DNA from: Thermoanaerobaculia bacterium
GTDB taxonomy: Bacteria; Acidobacteriota; Thermoanaerobaculia; UBA5066
Length of the DNA stretch: 64,000 nt
Direction: 5' to 3'
Assembly (NCBI GenBank): GCA_963719225.1
Contig: CAVRAY010000001.1
Coordinates: forward strand, 3,360,001 to 3,424,000
In this document: positions 47,000 through 57,817 of the stretch, one piece after another
Numbering within the stretch: the first letter of the stretch is position 1
Layout: every line of letters starts with the position of its first letter
Position numbers and translations under genes: made by a program
Notes under the pieces: model-generated
The model's database searches: none
Told to the model about the DNA's origin: nothing
What the model saw: the letters and a program-made list of their open reading frames with translations, nothing else

Positions 47000-48036
47000 C
47001 GTCTCTCGAGAAGCTCGTCTTCGCCGCCGTCCGGGCGCCCTCCGGCGACAACACGCAGCCCTGGCGCTTCGCGCTCGACGAGAAGACGTCGCGCATCGAG
47101 ATCCATCTCGATGCCGCGCGGGATCCCTCGCCCATGAACGCGGGGCAGCGCATGGCGCGCATCGCGCTCGGCGCCGCGCTCGAGAACCTCCTCTCCGAGG
47201 CCGGGCGGCTCGGCTTCGCGCCCGTCCTCGAGGAAGCGCCGCCGGCGCTCGCGGCCGTTCGCCTGACGGCCGCGGGCCGGGATCCGGACCTCGATGCCGT
47301 CGTCGCGGCGCGGGTCACGAACCGCCGCCCGTTCGACGGCCGCGCCCTGGATCCCCAGGTGAAGGCCGCCCTCGAGCGTGAGTCGTCGCCGCCCCTGGGA
47401 GGCGTGACGACGCACTGGATCGCCGCGAAGGAAAGGCTCCGCTTCCTCGCCTCTCTCGTCGGGCGCGCGGACGCGACGATGTTCTCCGTTCGCGAGATGC
47501 TCATGGCCTTCCTGGGAAAGGTGCGCTTCGACGCGCGGAGAGACGAAGCCGTCGAGGACGGGCTCTCTCCAGCCTCGCTCGAGCTTTCCCCCGCCGACCG
47601 GATCCTGCTCCGGCTGCTTCCCCGCCTTCCGCACGGTCTCCTTCGGGCGCTCGGGATGTTTCACGTCATGGGGGCGCGCTCGAGGGCGCTCGTCGCCGGC
47701 TCCTCGGCTCTCTGCCTCGTCGTCGCGCCCGACGCGGAGCCCCGCACGGACCTCGACGTAGGACGCGCGGCCGAGCGCGCGTGGCTCGCGCTGACGGCGC
47801 ACGGCCTCTCGGCGCAGCCGATGATGTCGCTTCTCGTCCTCGAGAACGCTCTGGATCACGGCGTCCTCGCGCCGGGTCGGACCCGCGACGCGGCCCTGGA
47901 GATACGCGCCGGCCTGCGGAAGCTCGCGCCCGAGGTCGGCGGGGGCCGGCCCGCTTTCCTGATGCGCGTGGGGTACGCGCCGCCGCCGAGGGGCCGCGTC
48001 GGCCGCCTTCCCGTCGGGGACGCTACGCGGCTCTGA
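46996..48036 (+). CDS. Nitroreductase-like (TyzC/Acg-type) flavoprotein, paralog of the middle domain of 40757-44041
   Basis: RAPSGDNTQPW, RVTNRRPF, GRAAERAWL and LSAQPM motifs. The GTG start at 46996 overlaps the upstream TGA. Confidence 0.82.
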   Translation: MTSLEKLVFAAVRAPSGDNTQPWRFALDEKTSRIEIHLDAARDPSPMNAGQRMARIALGAALENLLSEAGRLGFAPVLEEAPPALAAVRLTAAGRDPDLDAVVAARVTNRRPFDGRALDPQVKAALERESSPPLGGVTTHWIAAKERLRFLASLVGRADATMFSVREMLMAFLGKVRFDARRDEAVEDGLSPASLELSPADRILLRLLPRLPHGLLRALGMFHVMGARSRALVAGSSALCLVVAPDAEPRTDLDVGRAAERAWLALTAHGLSAQPMMSLLVLENALDHGVLAPGRTRDAALEIRAGLRKLAPEVGGGRPAFLMRVGYAPPPRGRVGRLPVGDATRL

Positions 48037-49207
48037 GAGCCGTCGTGATCTTCAGGCGGGCGGCCCGCAGCGCCGGGAGAAGGCCGCCCGCGACGCCCAT
48101 GACGAGCGAGAAAGCGACTCCGCGCGCGACCAGGGACGGCGTGATCCGGAAGTTGAACAGCACCTCGGCGAACGTGGCGAAGTTCTGCGTCCCCGTCGGC
48201 TCGACGAGGAGGAGCTTGACGAGGAGGGTCGCGGCGAGAGCGCCCAATGCTCCGCCGATCAGCGCGAGGAGCATCGACTCGATCACGAAGGAGAGGACGA
48301 CGGCCGGCCTCGAGTAGCCGAGCGCCCGCAGAGTGGCGATGTCGGTCGTGCGGGCGGCGACCTGCGCGTACATCGTGTTCATCGCGCCGAACGTCGCCCC
48401 GATCGCCATGAGGACGCCGACGAGCCAGGCCAGGAACTCGATGGGCTTCGCGGTCGACTGCTGCTCGGAGAAGTACTGTTCTTCGGTCTTCGCCGCGAGC
48501 TTGATGCGCTGGTCGTCGCGGATCGCCCCCAGCAGGCGGACGCGCTGCCCCGCGTCGCGCGCGCGCAGCCGCACGACGGACAGGATCCCCTCGCGCTGGG
48601 ACTGCTCCTGGAGGTTGTGGAGGTCGGCCCAGACCTCGGAGTCGTACGGCGAGTTCGCGGCCTCGAAGTGCCCGACGATCGTCCAACGCTCGATCCCCGA
48701 GCGGATCTCGCTCCCGACGCCGAGAGAGGCGAAGCGCCGCGCGGTCCTCCGCGAGACGACCACCTCGTTCGTGCCGGGTCGGAACGCACGGCCCTCGACG
48801 ATCTTGAGAGCCGGCCGCAGGAGAAAGGCCTCGGGCTCCACCCCGCGCAGGATGACGTTCGTCTTCCGACCGTCCTTCCGGGCCAGGCTCACGAGCACCA
48901 CGATCTCCGGAGAGACGAGAGGTCCGCCCGACGGCGCACGGTCGATCCCGGGAAGCGTTCGGACCGCCTCGTATTCCTCGCGCGTGATCACGCTCATGAC
49001 GTCCGACTGCGCGCCCACGCGGAGCGCCACGATCGAGCGCGTCGAGACCGGCGCCTCGAAGGTCTTTCTCACGCCCTCGGCGAGCGACATGACGAGGAGG
49101 AAGACCGCGACGACGAGGGAGATGCCGAGGATCGTCATCGAGGTCGAGACACGCCGCACGAAGAGGTTCCGGAAGTTGTACTTGAGCGGGATCGCCGCCT
49201 TCGACAT
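48023..49207 (-). CDS. ABC exporter permease (MacB/FtsX-like), copy A2
   Basis: [15 protein letters not shown] start and [20 protein letters not shown]; TGATG coupling with the upstream gene. Confidence 0.9.
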   Translation of the reverse strand: MSKAAIPLKYNFRNLFVRRVSTSMTILGISLVVAVFLLVMSLAEGVRKTFEAPVSTRSIVALRVGAQSDVMSVITREEYEAVRTLPGIDRAPSGGPLVSPEIVVLVSLARKDGRKTNVILRGVEPEAFLLRPALKIVEGRAFRPGTNEVVVSRRTARRFASLGVGSEIRSGIERWTIVGHFEAANSPYDSEVWADLHNLQEQSQREGILSVVRLRARDAGQRVRLLGAIRDDQRIKLAAKTEEQYFSEQQSTAKPIEFLAWLVGVLMAIGATFGAMNTMYAQVAARTTDIATLRALGYSRPAVVLSFVIESMLLALIGGALGALAATLLVKLLLVEPTGTQNFATFAEVLFNFRITPSLVARGVAFSLVMGVAGGLLPALRAARLKITTALRAA

Positions 49208-50364
49208 CAGGCCACCCGGCGGAGCGCGCCGACGACCGAGATGCGCGAAGAGCGCACCGCGGGCACGAAGCCCGAGAGCGTCCCGATCGCGACGGCGGCG
49301 GCGAACGCCATCCCGACCGTGGACCACGAGACCCGGAAGTTGTACGCGAACGTCGCGGCGGGCGATTGCTTCATTCCCTCCACGAGGGCGTGCGTCAGCG
49401 GAAGGGACAGGAGGACGCCCGCGATTCCCCCCGTCAGGGCGAGGACGAGCGCCTCGGCGAGGATGAGCGCGAGGATGTGGTGCCGCTTGAAGCCGAGGGC
49501 CTTGAGGACGGCGATTTCCGTGACCCTCTCGCGGGCGCTCATCGCCATCGTGTTCGCGACGATGAGGATGATCGTGAAGAGGACCGTCAGCGAGATCGAA
49601 CGCACGAGGAGCTTCACGTTCCCGAGCATCTCGACGAACTGGAGCCGGAACTGCTTCTCGGGCATCGCCTTCACGGGGGCGGAGCTGTTCTCGAAGAGGG
49701 TGTTGATCGCGTCGACGACGACCGGCACGTCGGCGGGCCTCTTGACCCGAAGGACGAAGTTGCCGGTCTGGCCCGCCCGCCCCAGCCACGTGTTCTCGAG
49801 GTACTTGTAGTGATAGAAGATCACGGACTCGTCCGAGCCCTCGTAGACGCCCGCCATCACGAGGTCGAGCGTGATCGGGATGTACGAGCCCTGGATCTGG
49901 ATTCGGTCCCCGAGCTTCCAGTGGAACCGGTCGACGAGCTGCTTGCCCGCGATGAAGGAGTCGCGCCTCGCCTGCCACGTCCGGAGCTGGTCCTTGGGGA
50001 TCCGGTAGTCCTCGTGGATCGTGGCCCACGTGACCGGATCCGCGCCGAGCTGGCCGAAGAAATTCTGCGGTCTTTCGTCGATGTACGTGCCGTTGAACCA
50101 CATCTCCTCGGTCACGGCGACGACGTTCGGGATGCCCTCGATCTTGTGGCGGTAGGCGAGGGGCAGGAATTGCGCGAGGCCGGCCGTGTGCTGGACGAAG
50201 ATCCGCGTCGCGCCCAGCCCCGCGCTGTCCTCCCCCTCGAGCGACGCGAGGAGCGACGAGAGGACGACGATGAGAACCAGGACGAGGACGATCGAGCCGA
50301 TCGTGAGCGCCGCGCGCGTCTTCTTGCGGAAGACGTTGCGCAGGACCAGCGTCAGGAACTTCAT
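49207..50364 (-). CDS. ABC exporter permease (MacB/FtsX-like), copy A1
   Basis: RNVFRKKTR and [22 protein letters not shown]. Confidence 0.9.
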   Translation of the reverse strand: MKFLTLVLRNVFRKKTRAALTIGSIVLVLVLIVVLSSLLASLEGEDSAGLGATRIFVQHTAGLAQFLPLAYRHKIEGIPNVVAVTEEMWFNGTYIDERPQNFFGQLGADPVTWATIHEDYRIPKDQLRTWQARRDSFIAGKQLVDRFHWKLGDRIQIQGSYIPITLDLVMAGVYEGSDESVIFYHYKYLENTWLGRAGQTGNFVLRVKRPADVPVVVDAINTLFENSSAPVKAMPEKQFRLQFVEMLGNVKLLVRSISLTVLFTIILIVANTMAMSARERVTEIAVLKALGFKRHHILALILAEALVLALTGGIAGVLLSLPLTHALVEGMKQSPAATFAYNFRVSWSTVGMAFAAAVAIGTLSGFVPAVRSSRISVVGALRRVA

Positions 50365-51356
50365 CGCTCGCGCCGGATGTTCGTGACGGCGCCGGTCTTC
50401 GGTCCCGCCGGACGCACCTCGGGGCCCGTCGGCTCGCGGAACGGTCCGCTCGCCGGGAGCATCTCGAGCCGTTTCATGAGCTCGACCACGTCGCGCGCAG
50501 AAAGGCCTTCGAACTCCATCGCGACCTCGCGTGCCCAGGCCCGGCGTCGGGAGCGGATCTCTTCCTCTTCGGCCGCGCCCTCGCGTACCACGAAACCCTC
50601 GTTCCAGGGCATCGCCCCCGCCGCTTCGGCCGGTTCGAGCTCGGCCGCTCTCGCCGCCGACGGCACGGGCCTCTCGCGCAGGACTCCCTTGTCGAGGTGG
50701 ACCTGTACGTGGGCGCGCGCGGCGGCCTTCGGGTCGTGCGTCACCATCACGATCGTCTTGCCGAACTCCGTGTTCAACCGGTCCAGGAGCCTGAGGATCT
50801 CGTCGGCGTTCTTCGCGTCGAGGTCTCCCGTGGGCTCGTCGGCCACGAGGATGACGGGGTCGGTCACGATCGCGCGCGCGATCGCGACGCGCTGCTCCTG
50901 CCCGCCGGAAAGCTGTCGCGGATAGTGCGTCATCCGGTCGCCGAGCCCCACGATGGCGAGCGCCGCGCGCGCGTGCTCGCGCCGTTCCTTCTTCGGGAGG
51001 TCCGTCAGGAAGAGCGGAAGCTCGACGTTCTCGAACGCCGTGAGAACCGGGATCAGGTTGTAGAGCTGGAAGATCAGCCCGACGTTCTGCGAGCGCCAGT
51101 CGGCGAGAGCCCCCTCCGAGAGGGACGAGATCTCGTGGCCCGAGATCACGATGCGTCCCGCGGTCGGCCGATCGAGCCCGGCGAGGAGGTTCAACAGAGT
51201 CGTCTTGCCGGAGCCTGACGGGCCCATGAGCGAGATGAACGTTCCGGCCGGGAGCGCGAGGTCGATGCCCGTGAGCACGGGGATCTCGATCGCGTCGCGC
51301 TTGTAGACCTTGGAAACCCCCTCGACCGAGATCAGCGGGGGCGCCGCGGCAGTCAC
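50361..51356 (-). CDS. ABC ATP-binding protein (LolD/MacB-like) with a C-terminal extension of about 100 aa
   Basis: [22 protein letters not shown] and VTHD motifs. Confidence 0.9.
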   Translation of the reverse strand: MTAAAPPLISVEGVSKVYKRDAIEIPVLTGIDLALPAGTFISLMGPSGSGKTTLLNLLAGLDRPTAGRIVISGHEISSLSEGALADWRSQNVGLIFQLYNLIPVLTAFENVELPLFLTDLPKKERREHARAALAIVGLGDRMTHYPRQLSGGQEQRVAIARAIVTDPVILVADEPTGDLDAKNADEILRLLDRLNTEFGKTIVMVTHDPKAAARAHVQVHLDKGVLRERPVPSAARAAELEPAEAAGAMPWNEGFVVREGAAEEEEIRSRRRAWAREVAMEFEGLSARDVVELMKRLEMLPASGPFREPTGPEVRPAGPKTGAVTNIRRER

Positions 51357-51360
51357 GCCG

Positions 51361-52551
51361 TCACTCCCGCACCTTCACCCGCGCGCTCTCGGAAAGCGCC
51401 GGGGTCGACGCCGCCGCGACGAGCTCCTCTCCGCCGCTCAGCCCTTCGAGGATCTCGAGAGCGCCGTCCGACTCGCGGCCGACCTTGACCTGACGGAACG
51501 AGACACGGTCGTCGGCGATGAGCCAGACGCCGGAAATGCCGTCGCGGGTCACGACCGCGCCCTTCGGCACCTCGACGTGCTTCTTCACCTCCCGTCCTTC
51601 CGTCGATTCCGAGGTGAAGCTGACCTTCGCGGAGAGATCCGGCAGGATTCGCGCGTCGGGATCAACGATCGCGACCTTGACCTTCACGGTGCCCTTCTGG
51701 CGGTCGGCCGACGGGACGATCTGCTTGAGGACCCCGTGGTAGATGCGGTCGGGATACGCGTCGAGGACGATCTCGGCGGGCTGCTTTCCGGACAGCCGCG
51801 CGAGATTCGCCTCGTTGACGTCGGTGCCGACGTAGAAACTCGCGAAATCCACGAGGGTGACGATCGCTCCGCCCGCCTGAGAGCCCTGCCCGGGCTGGCC
51901 GTAGGGTGAGACGGCTTCGCCGACGTGCGCGCGCTTGGCGACGACCACTCCGTCGAAAGGCGCCCGGAGCACCGTGTAATCCATCAGCGCCCGGACGTAG
52001 CGTACACGCGCGCGGCGGGAAGCTTCGAGGTTGACGGCGGCGTCGTAGGCCGACTTCGACGCGACGCCATGGCCCCAGAGCGTCTTCTGACGCTCGAGGT
52101 CGGCACGCGCGTTTTCCCATTCCGCCGAAGCGTCGGCGAGCTGCGCGTCGAGGTCGGTGTGGTCGAGACGCGCGAGAACGTCGCCCTTCTTCACGCGGGA
52201 CCCCTCAGTGACCGTCATTTCCGTGATTCGGGAAGTGATCTTCGGCGAGACGTCCGCCCGCGTCTCCGCCTCGACGTAGCCTGTAGCCGACAGTAGCGTC
52301 AGGCGCTGTCCTTCGGTCAGGAGGATCGCCGTCACTTTCTCGACGGGAACCGCGCTGAAGGCCGGTGCGGCGGCACGCGCGGCGGCGGAACGGGACGCGG
52401 GGTTGAGCCACAGGACGGCCGCGCCTGCGAGCACCGCCAGCGCCAGGGCCAGGCCGACCCAGAGCCGGACGCGACTCCGCGACGAGTCCGCCTGCCGGTT
52501 GATCCGCAGGACCGAAAGCTCGGGCGGCTCGGGGGACGGAACCGGACCCAT
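51361..52551 (-). CDS. Periplasmic adaptor (MacA-like membrane fusion protein), copy A
   Basis: TM anchor; [21 protein letters not shown] and [13 protein letters not shown] motifs. Confidence 0.9.
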   Translation of the reverse strand: MGPVPSPEPPELSVLRINRQADSSRSRVRLWVGLALALAVLAGAAVLWLNPASRSAAARAAAPAFSAVPVEKVTAILLTEGQRLTLLSATGYVEAETRADVSPKITSRITEMTVTEGSRVKKGDVLARLDHTDLDAQLADASAEWENARADLERQKTLWGHGVASKSAYDAAVNLEASRRARVRYVRALMDYTVLRAPFDGVVVAKRAHVGEAVSPYGQPGQGSQAGGAIVTLVDFASFYVGTDVNEANLARLSGKQPAEIVLDAYPDRIYHGVLKQIVPSADRQKGTVKVKVAIVDPDARILPDLSAKVSFTSESTEGREVKKHVEVPKGAVVTRDGISGVWLIADDRVSFRQVKVGRESDGALEILEGLSGGEELVAAASTPALSESARVKVRE

Positions 52552-52613
52552 AGGACCAGAACAGGATACAGCCGAAACAGACGGCCTTCGGATATCGTAC
52601 CTCGCCGGGCGAA

Positions 52614-53816
52614 ATGGAACCTCTCAACAAATCCGCGGATCTCTCCGCCTTGCGCATCGAACGGGACGACGCGTCCCGCGGCCGTCGGTTCCTGTGGGCC
52701 GGGATCGCGACGCTCTGGGTGGCCGCGCTGGCCGCCCTCTTCTTCCTCGGCCGCGTGCGGGGGATCGCACTTCGATCGCCCGAGGTCGCGACGACCCGGG
52801 CGGTACTCGTGACCCCGACGCAGGCGTCGACGATCCTCACGGCCTCGGGCTACATCGTGGCCCGGTCGAAAGCCGAGATCTCGCCGAAGACCGTCGGACG
52901 CATCGCATGGATCAACCTCGAAGAGGGCCAGCGCGTGAAGAAGGGCGAGCTCGTCGCGCGTCTCGAGGCGCAGGAGCTGGACGCGCAGAAAAAGTCCTCG
53001 CTGGCCCAGCGCGACCAGGCCCTCGCCCAGCTCGCGAACGCGCGCCGCGACCGCGTACGCGCCCAGCAGCTCCTCGACGAGAAGATCGGGACGCAGCAGG
53101 CTTACGACACGGCGGATTCCCAGGTCAAGGCGCTCGAGGCCCAGGTCGCGACGTACGAGGCCCAGGCCCGTTACTACGACGAGCAGATCCGGAACGCCGA
53201 GATCTACGCCCCGATCGACGGCGTCGTGACCGTGAAGAAGGCGTTCCTCGGCGAAACCGTGGCGCCGCAGGGTTTCGGGGCCGGCTCGGCGGGCGCGACC
53301 TTCGCGATCATCGTGGACCTGTCCTCTCTCGAGATGGAAGCCGACATCAACGAGCAGAACGTCGGGAAGCTCGTTCTCTCCCAGCCGGCCGAGGTCACGC
53401 TCGACGCGTATCCGGACAAGCCCTACAAAGCGCGCCTGAGGCAGATCGTTCCGACGGCCGATCGCCAGAAGGGCTCGGTCAAGGTGAAGATCGAGCTCCT
53501 CGACAAGGACGCGAAGGTCCTCCCCGAGATGTCCTGCCGCGTCGTCTTCCTGAACCCCCAGACGAAAGTCGACGAGAAGGCGAAACCGAAGGTGATGGTC
53601 CCGTCAGCGTCCGTCGTGGACGTCGGCGGCGAGAAGGGCGTTCTCCTCGTCGCGAACGGCAAGGCCACGTTCAAGCCGGTCGCGTTCGGAGCCGCGGCCG
53701 GCGCCCAGGTGGAGGCGACGTCGGGCCTTTCGGGCGGCGAAGAGATCGTCGCCGACGCGGCGAAGGCGTCGCACACCTGGCGTGGGGAGCAGAAAGTCCG
53801 CATCAAGAAGGACTGA
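52614..53816 (+). CDS. Periplasmic adaptor (MacA-like membrane fusion protein), copy B
   Basis: TM anchor; EGQRVKKGELVARL, APIDGVV and PTADRQKGSVKVK motifs. Confidence 0.9.
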   Translation: MEPLNKSADLSALRIERDDASRGRRFLWAGIATLWVAALAALFFLGRVRGIALRSPEVATTRAVLVTPTQASTILTASGYIVARSKAEISPKTVGRIAWINLEEGQRVKKGELVARLEAQELDAQKKSSLAQRDQALAQLANARRDRVRAQQLLDEKIGTQQAYDTADSQVKALEAQVATYEAQARYYDEQIRNAEIYAPIDGVVTVKKAFLGETVAPQGFGAGSAGATFAIIVDLSSLEMEADINEQNVGKLVLSQPAEVTLDAYPDKPYKARLRQIVPTADRQKGSVKVKIELLDKDAKVLPEMSCRVVFLNPQTKVDEKAKPKVMVPSASVVDVGGEKGVLLVANGKATFKPVAFGAAAGAQVEATSGLSGGEEIVADAAKASHTWRGEQKVRIKKD

Positions 53817-53842
53817 CGAAAGAACGAGACAAGGAGACCCGA

Positions 53843-54589
53843 TTGAGCGCAGCCGTCCCCCTCATCCGCATCGATTCGCTCGTGAAACAGTACACGCGCG
53901 ACACCCAGGTCCTCACCGTGCTCGACAACCTCTCGCTCACGGTCGACGAGGGTGATTTCATGGCCCTCATGGGTCCCTCGGGCTCGGGCAAGACCACGCT
54001 CCTGAACCTCATCGCGGGCATCGACCGGCCGACCTCGGGCCGGATCCTCGTCGGCGACAAGGAGGTCTCGTCCATGAGCGAGGGCGCGCTCGCGAAATGG
54101 CGCAGCGCGAACATCGGCTTCATCTTCCAGCTCTACAACCTCGTGCCGGTGCTCACGGCGTTCGAGAACGTGGAGCTGCCTCTCCTCCTCACGAGCATGA
54201 ACCGGGCGCGTCGGAAAAAGCAGGTCGAGCTCGCGCTCTCGGTCGTGAACCTCACGGACCGGATGGACCACTACCCGCGGCAGCTCTCGGGCGGGCAGGA
54301 GCAGCGTGTCGCCATCGCGCGCGCGATCGCGACGGACCCGAAGGTGCTCGTGGCGGACGAGCCGACGGGTGACCTCGACGCGAAGAGCGGCGAGGAGATC
54401 CTCGTCCTCATGGAGCGCCTCAACTCCGAGTTCAAGAAGACCGTCGTCATGGTGACGCACGATCCGAAGGCCGCGTCGCGGGCGCACCGCCTCGTCCACC
54501 TCGACAAGGGCGTGCTGAAGGAGGACGTGCACGCCGAGCGCGGGAAGGCCGTCGGCATGGCCGCGGCGATCTCGGCCTCCTCGACCTGA
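53843..54589 (+). CDS. ABC ATP-binding protein (LolD/MacB-like), copy B
   Basis: TTG start after AAGGAG; [16 protein letters not shown] and ADEPTG motifs. Confidence 0.9.
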   Translation: MSAAVPLIRIDSLVKQYTRDTQVLTVLDNLSLTVDEGDFMALMGPSGSGKTTLLNLIAGIDRPTSGRILVGDKEVSSMSEGALAKWRSANIGFIFQLYNLVPVLTAFENVELPLLLTSMNRARRKKQVELALSVVNLTDRMDHYPRQLSGGQEQRVAIARAIATDPKVLVADEPTGDLDAKSGEEILVLMERLNSEFKKTVVMVTHDPKAASRAHRLVHLDKGVLKEDVHAERGKAVGMAAAISASST

Positions 54590-54604
54590 GGGATCGGAAG
54601 GCCG

Positions 54605-55765
54605 ATGAAGTTCTTCCCGTTCGTCTTCAAGAACCTCCTGCGCAAGAAGACGCGCTCGCTTCTCACGATCGCGTCGATCCTCCTGCCTCTCCTCGTCATC
54701 TGCATCCTGGGGACGCTCCTGCGCACGCTCGAGCACGATCCGACGGGCGGCAAGGGCATGTTCCGCCTCATCGTGAGGCACAAGGTTTCGCTCACGAACT
54801 GGGTCCTGGAAGCCGACATGCCGAAGATCCAGCAGCTTCCCGGGGTGACGGAGATCGTGCGCATGAACTGGTTCGGCGGCTCCTACATCGACCACCGCCC
54901 CGAGAACATGTTCGCGCGCTTCTCGACCTCGGATCCCGAGAAGCTCCTCAGGGTCTTCGACGAGGCGTCCATCGTTCGGGGCAGCGCCCAGGACTGGCTG
55001 TCCGACCGGAGCGGCCTCCTCGTGGGCGAGCTGCTCATGAAGAAGTACGGCTGGCGGCTCGGTCAGAAGATCTCGCTCAAGGGCGACATCTACCCGGTCA
55101 ACCTCGAACTCACGATCCGCGCCACCTTCAAGGCGCCGGACGAGACCGGGGTCTACTTCCACCACCAGACGATCGAGGAGGCGCTTCCCCGGGTGAAAGG
55201 CTTCGTGGGGTGGTACTGGATCAAGGCCGCGTCCCTGGAGGCCGTCGAGCGGCTGCCGAAACAGATCGACGCGATGTTCGAGAACAGCGATCGCCCCACG
55301 CGGACCGAGACCGAGAAGGAGATGCAGAACGGATTCGTCTCGATGCTCGGCAACGTCAAGCTGCTCGTGACGTCCATCGGCACGATCATCGTCTGCGTCA
55401 TCCTCCTCATCGCGGCGAACACGATGGCGATGACGGCTCGCGAACGAGTCACGGAAATCGCCGTCCTGAGAACGCTCGGCTTCCCGAAGCGGACGATCCT
55501 CGGGCTGATCCTGGGCGAGAGCCTCCTCCTCTCCCTCATCGGCGGTCTCCTCGGCGTGGGACTGTTCGTCCTCGCCTTTCCCGGCTTCCGGCAGGGACTG
55601 CTCTATTCGCCCATGGGCGGCTTCGCCGGGGGAATGCAGGTCTTCCCCGAGGTCGTCGCCACGGGCTTCGTCGTCGCCGTTCTCGTCGGCCTCCTCGCCG
55701 GACTCGTGCCCGCGGTCCGGTCCGCCCAGCGCTCGATTCCAGACGGCCTGAGACAGGTCGGCTGA
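54605..55765 (+). CDS. ABC exporter permease, copy B1
   Basis: KNLLRKKTR and [22 protein letters not shown]. Confidence 0.9.
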   Translation: MKFFPFVFKNLLRKKTRSLLTIASILLPLLVICILGTLLRTLEHDPTGGKGMFRLIVRHKVSLTNWVLEADMPKIQQLPGVTEIVRMNWFGGSYIDHRPENMFARFSTSDPEKLLRVFDEASIVRGSAQDWLSDRSGLLVGELLMKKYGWRLGQKISLKGDIYPVNLELTIRATFKAPDETGVYFHHQTIEEALPRVKGFVGWYWIKAASLEAVERLPKQIDAMFENSDRPTRTETEKEMQNGFVSMLGNVKLLVTSIGTIIVCVILLIAANTMAMTARERVTEIAVLRTLGFPKRTILGLILGESLLLSLIGGLLGVGLFVLAFPGFRQGLLYSPMGGFAGGMQVFPEVVATGFVVAVLVGLLAGLVPAVRSAQRSIPDGLRQVG

Positions 55766-55775
55766 AAGGACTCTG

Positions 55776-56954
55776 ATGCTCGGCATTCCGCTCAAGTACA
55801 ACATCCGGAACCTCTTCGTGAGGAAGGTCACGACGTCCCTCACCGTTCTCGGCATCGGCCTCGTCGTGGCGGTCTTCCTGTGCGTCATGTCGCTCGGCGA
55901 GGGGCTGACGCGCGTTTTCACGGCCTCGGGCTCCGAGAACAACGTCCTCGTGCTGCGCCAGAACGCGCAGTCGGAGCTCCAGTCCGGCATCACGCGCGAC
56001 CAGGTGCCTCTCATCATGACGCTTCCCGGCATCTCGCCCGACACGGACGGAAAGCCGCTGGCGTCTCCCGAGCTCGTCATCGTCCTGAACATCGAGAAAC
56101 GGGACGGCGGCTCTTCCAACGTCACGATCCGCGGGATCGGCGAGAAGGGCATGAAGCTCCGTTCCGGCCTCACGCTCGTCGAGGGCCGGATGTTCTCGCC
56201 GGGGAAGTCCGAGGTCATCGTCTCGAAGGGCGTTTCGAGCCGCTTCAAGGACTGCGCCACGGGCCAGACCATCAAGTTCGGCGCCTACCGGTGGACGGTG
56301 GTGGGCCTCTTCGACGCCGGCGGCACCGCCCCGGACAGCGAGATCTGGACGGACGTCGAGGGCATGATCACGGACTTCAAGCGCAACGGATACTCCTCCG
56401 TCCTCGCGCGGACCGCGGGCCGCGCGGCCCGGGACCAGCTGCAGGCGGGTCTCGCGGGCGATCCGCGTCTCGCGCTCGAGGGGAAGGTCGAACGTACGTA
56501 TTACGACGACCAGACGGTCACGGCGGCACCGATCAAGTTTCTCGGGTTCTTCGTGGGCGTCGTCATGGCGATCGGCGCCTGCTTCGGCGCGATGAACACG
56601 ATGTACGCGGCCGTGGCCGCCCGCACGCGCGAGATCGCGACGCTGCGCGCGCTCGGCTTCTCGCGCCTCTCCGTCCTCCTGTCGTTCGTCTTCGAGTCGC
56701 TCTGCCTCGCGCTCCTCGGCGGAGCCCTCGGATGCGTCCTCGGACTCCTCGCCGTGAAGATCGCGCTTTCCGGCGTCACCGGGACCACGAACTTCGCGAC
56801 GTTCTCGGAAGTCGTCTTCGCCTTCCGTCTCACGCCGGCGCTCCTCGTGACCGGGATCGTCTTCTCCCTCGTCATGGGATTCTTCGGCGGCCTCTTCCCG
56901 GCCGGACGCGCGGCGTTCACGAGAATTACGACTGCCCTGAGGCAGGTAGGCTGA
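55776..56954 (+). CDS. ABC exporter permease, copy B2
   Basis: IPLKYNIRNLFVR and [21 protein letters not shown]. Confidence 0.9.
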   Translation: MLGIPLKYNIRNLFVRKVTTSLTVLGIGLVVAVFLCVMSLGEGLTRVFTASGSENNVLVLRQNAQSELQSGITRDQVPLIMTLPGISPDTDGKPLASPELVIVLNIEKRDGGSSNVTIRGIGEKGMKLRSGLTLVEGRMFSPGKSEVIVSKGVSSRFKDCATGQTIKFGAYRWTVVGLFDAGGTAPDSEIWTDVEGMITDFKRNGYSSVLARTAGRAARDQLQAGLAGDPRLALEGKVERTYYDDQTVTAAPIKFLGFFVGVVMAIGACFGAMNTMYAAVAARTREIATLRALGFSRLSVLLSFVFESLCLALLGGALGCVLGLLAVKIALSGVTGTTNFATFSEVVFAFRLTPALLVTGIVFSLVMGFFGGLFPAGRAAFTRITTALRQVG

Positions 56955-56968
56955 CCCCGCGGCTGACG

Positions 56969-57817
56969 CTACTTCAGAAGCACTTCCTCGATAAAGGCGA
57001 GTGCGCGCGGGTCTTTCGACTGGCCGAGCCAGAACATCGCCTTCTTCCGGACCGCGGGGTTCCGGTGCCTTCGCGCGACGTCGATGAGGAGCGGCACGCC
57101 CTCGTCTTTCGGGAGCTGCGAGAGGGCGAAGACGGCCCTCACCTTGACCTCGGTCTCGGGATCGTTGGCGATCGCGTCCGTGATGGCGCCCACCGCCTTC
57201 GTTCCCGCTCTTTGCGCGAGCCAGAAGAGCGACTGGCCACGCACATGGTCGCTCGCGTCGTGGCGCGCGAGGTCGATGAGCGCGGGGATCGCCGCCGGAT
57301 CGGCGTGGAGGGAGAGCGCCGCAAGGGCGCCGTCTTTCTTGCGCGTCCCGCCGCGCGGGAGCGCCGCGAGGAACGCGACGCTCTCGGCGGGCCGGACTCC
57401 CGTCAGGACGACGACGGGAACGTCCCCGGGATCGACCGGGCAGTCGTCCGAGACGCTGCGCACGCGCTCGACGGCCCCGTTTTCCATGCGCACGAGGACG
57501 ACGAGCGCGCGGTGGTCATCCGCGCCCGGAAGAACGTTCCCCTCGTTCTCCCCGCCGCGCGACATCGTCCACGACCTCTCCTTTTCGAGAGTGCATCGGC
57601 CGCTCATCCTCGGACCCCGCTCGAAGCCGTCCAGCGTGTCGTAGCAGCAGACGTGGGAGCCCGGATCGGACACCGGAACTTCCCAGGCGATCCACGCGGG
57701 CCCCTTCGTGCCGGCGGCGGCGGAGATCGCAGACGCGAGATCGGGAGTCGCCGGCCGCGTCGGGGCCGATGCGGGAAGAAGGAGCGCGAGGAGGAGCGGG
57801 AGCGGCACGGCATTCAC
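56969..57817 (-). CDS. Exported HEAT-repeat protein
   Basis: Signal peptide; VRGQSLFWLAQ, AVFALSQLP and VRKKAMFWLGQS repeats. Confidence 0.85.
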   Translation of the reverse strand: MNAVPLPLLLALLLPASAPTRPATPDLASAISAAAGTKGPAWIAWEVPVSDPGSHVCCYDTLDGFERGPRMSGRCTLEKERSWTMSRGGENEGNVLPGADDHRALVVLVRMENGAVERVRSVSDDCPVDPGDVPVVVLTGVRPAESVAFLAALPRGGTRKKDGALAALSLHADPAAIPALIDLARHDASDHVRGQSLFWLAQRAGTKAVGAITDAIANDPETEVKVRAVFALSQLPKDEGVPLLIDVARRHRNPAVRKKAMFWLGQSKDPRALAFIEEVLLK

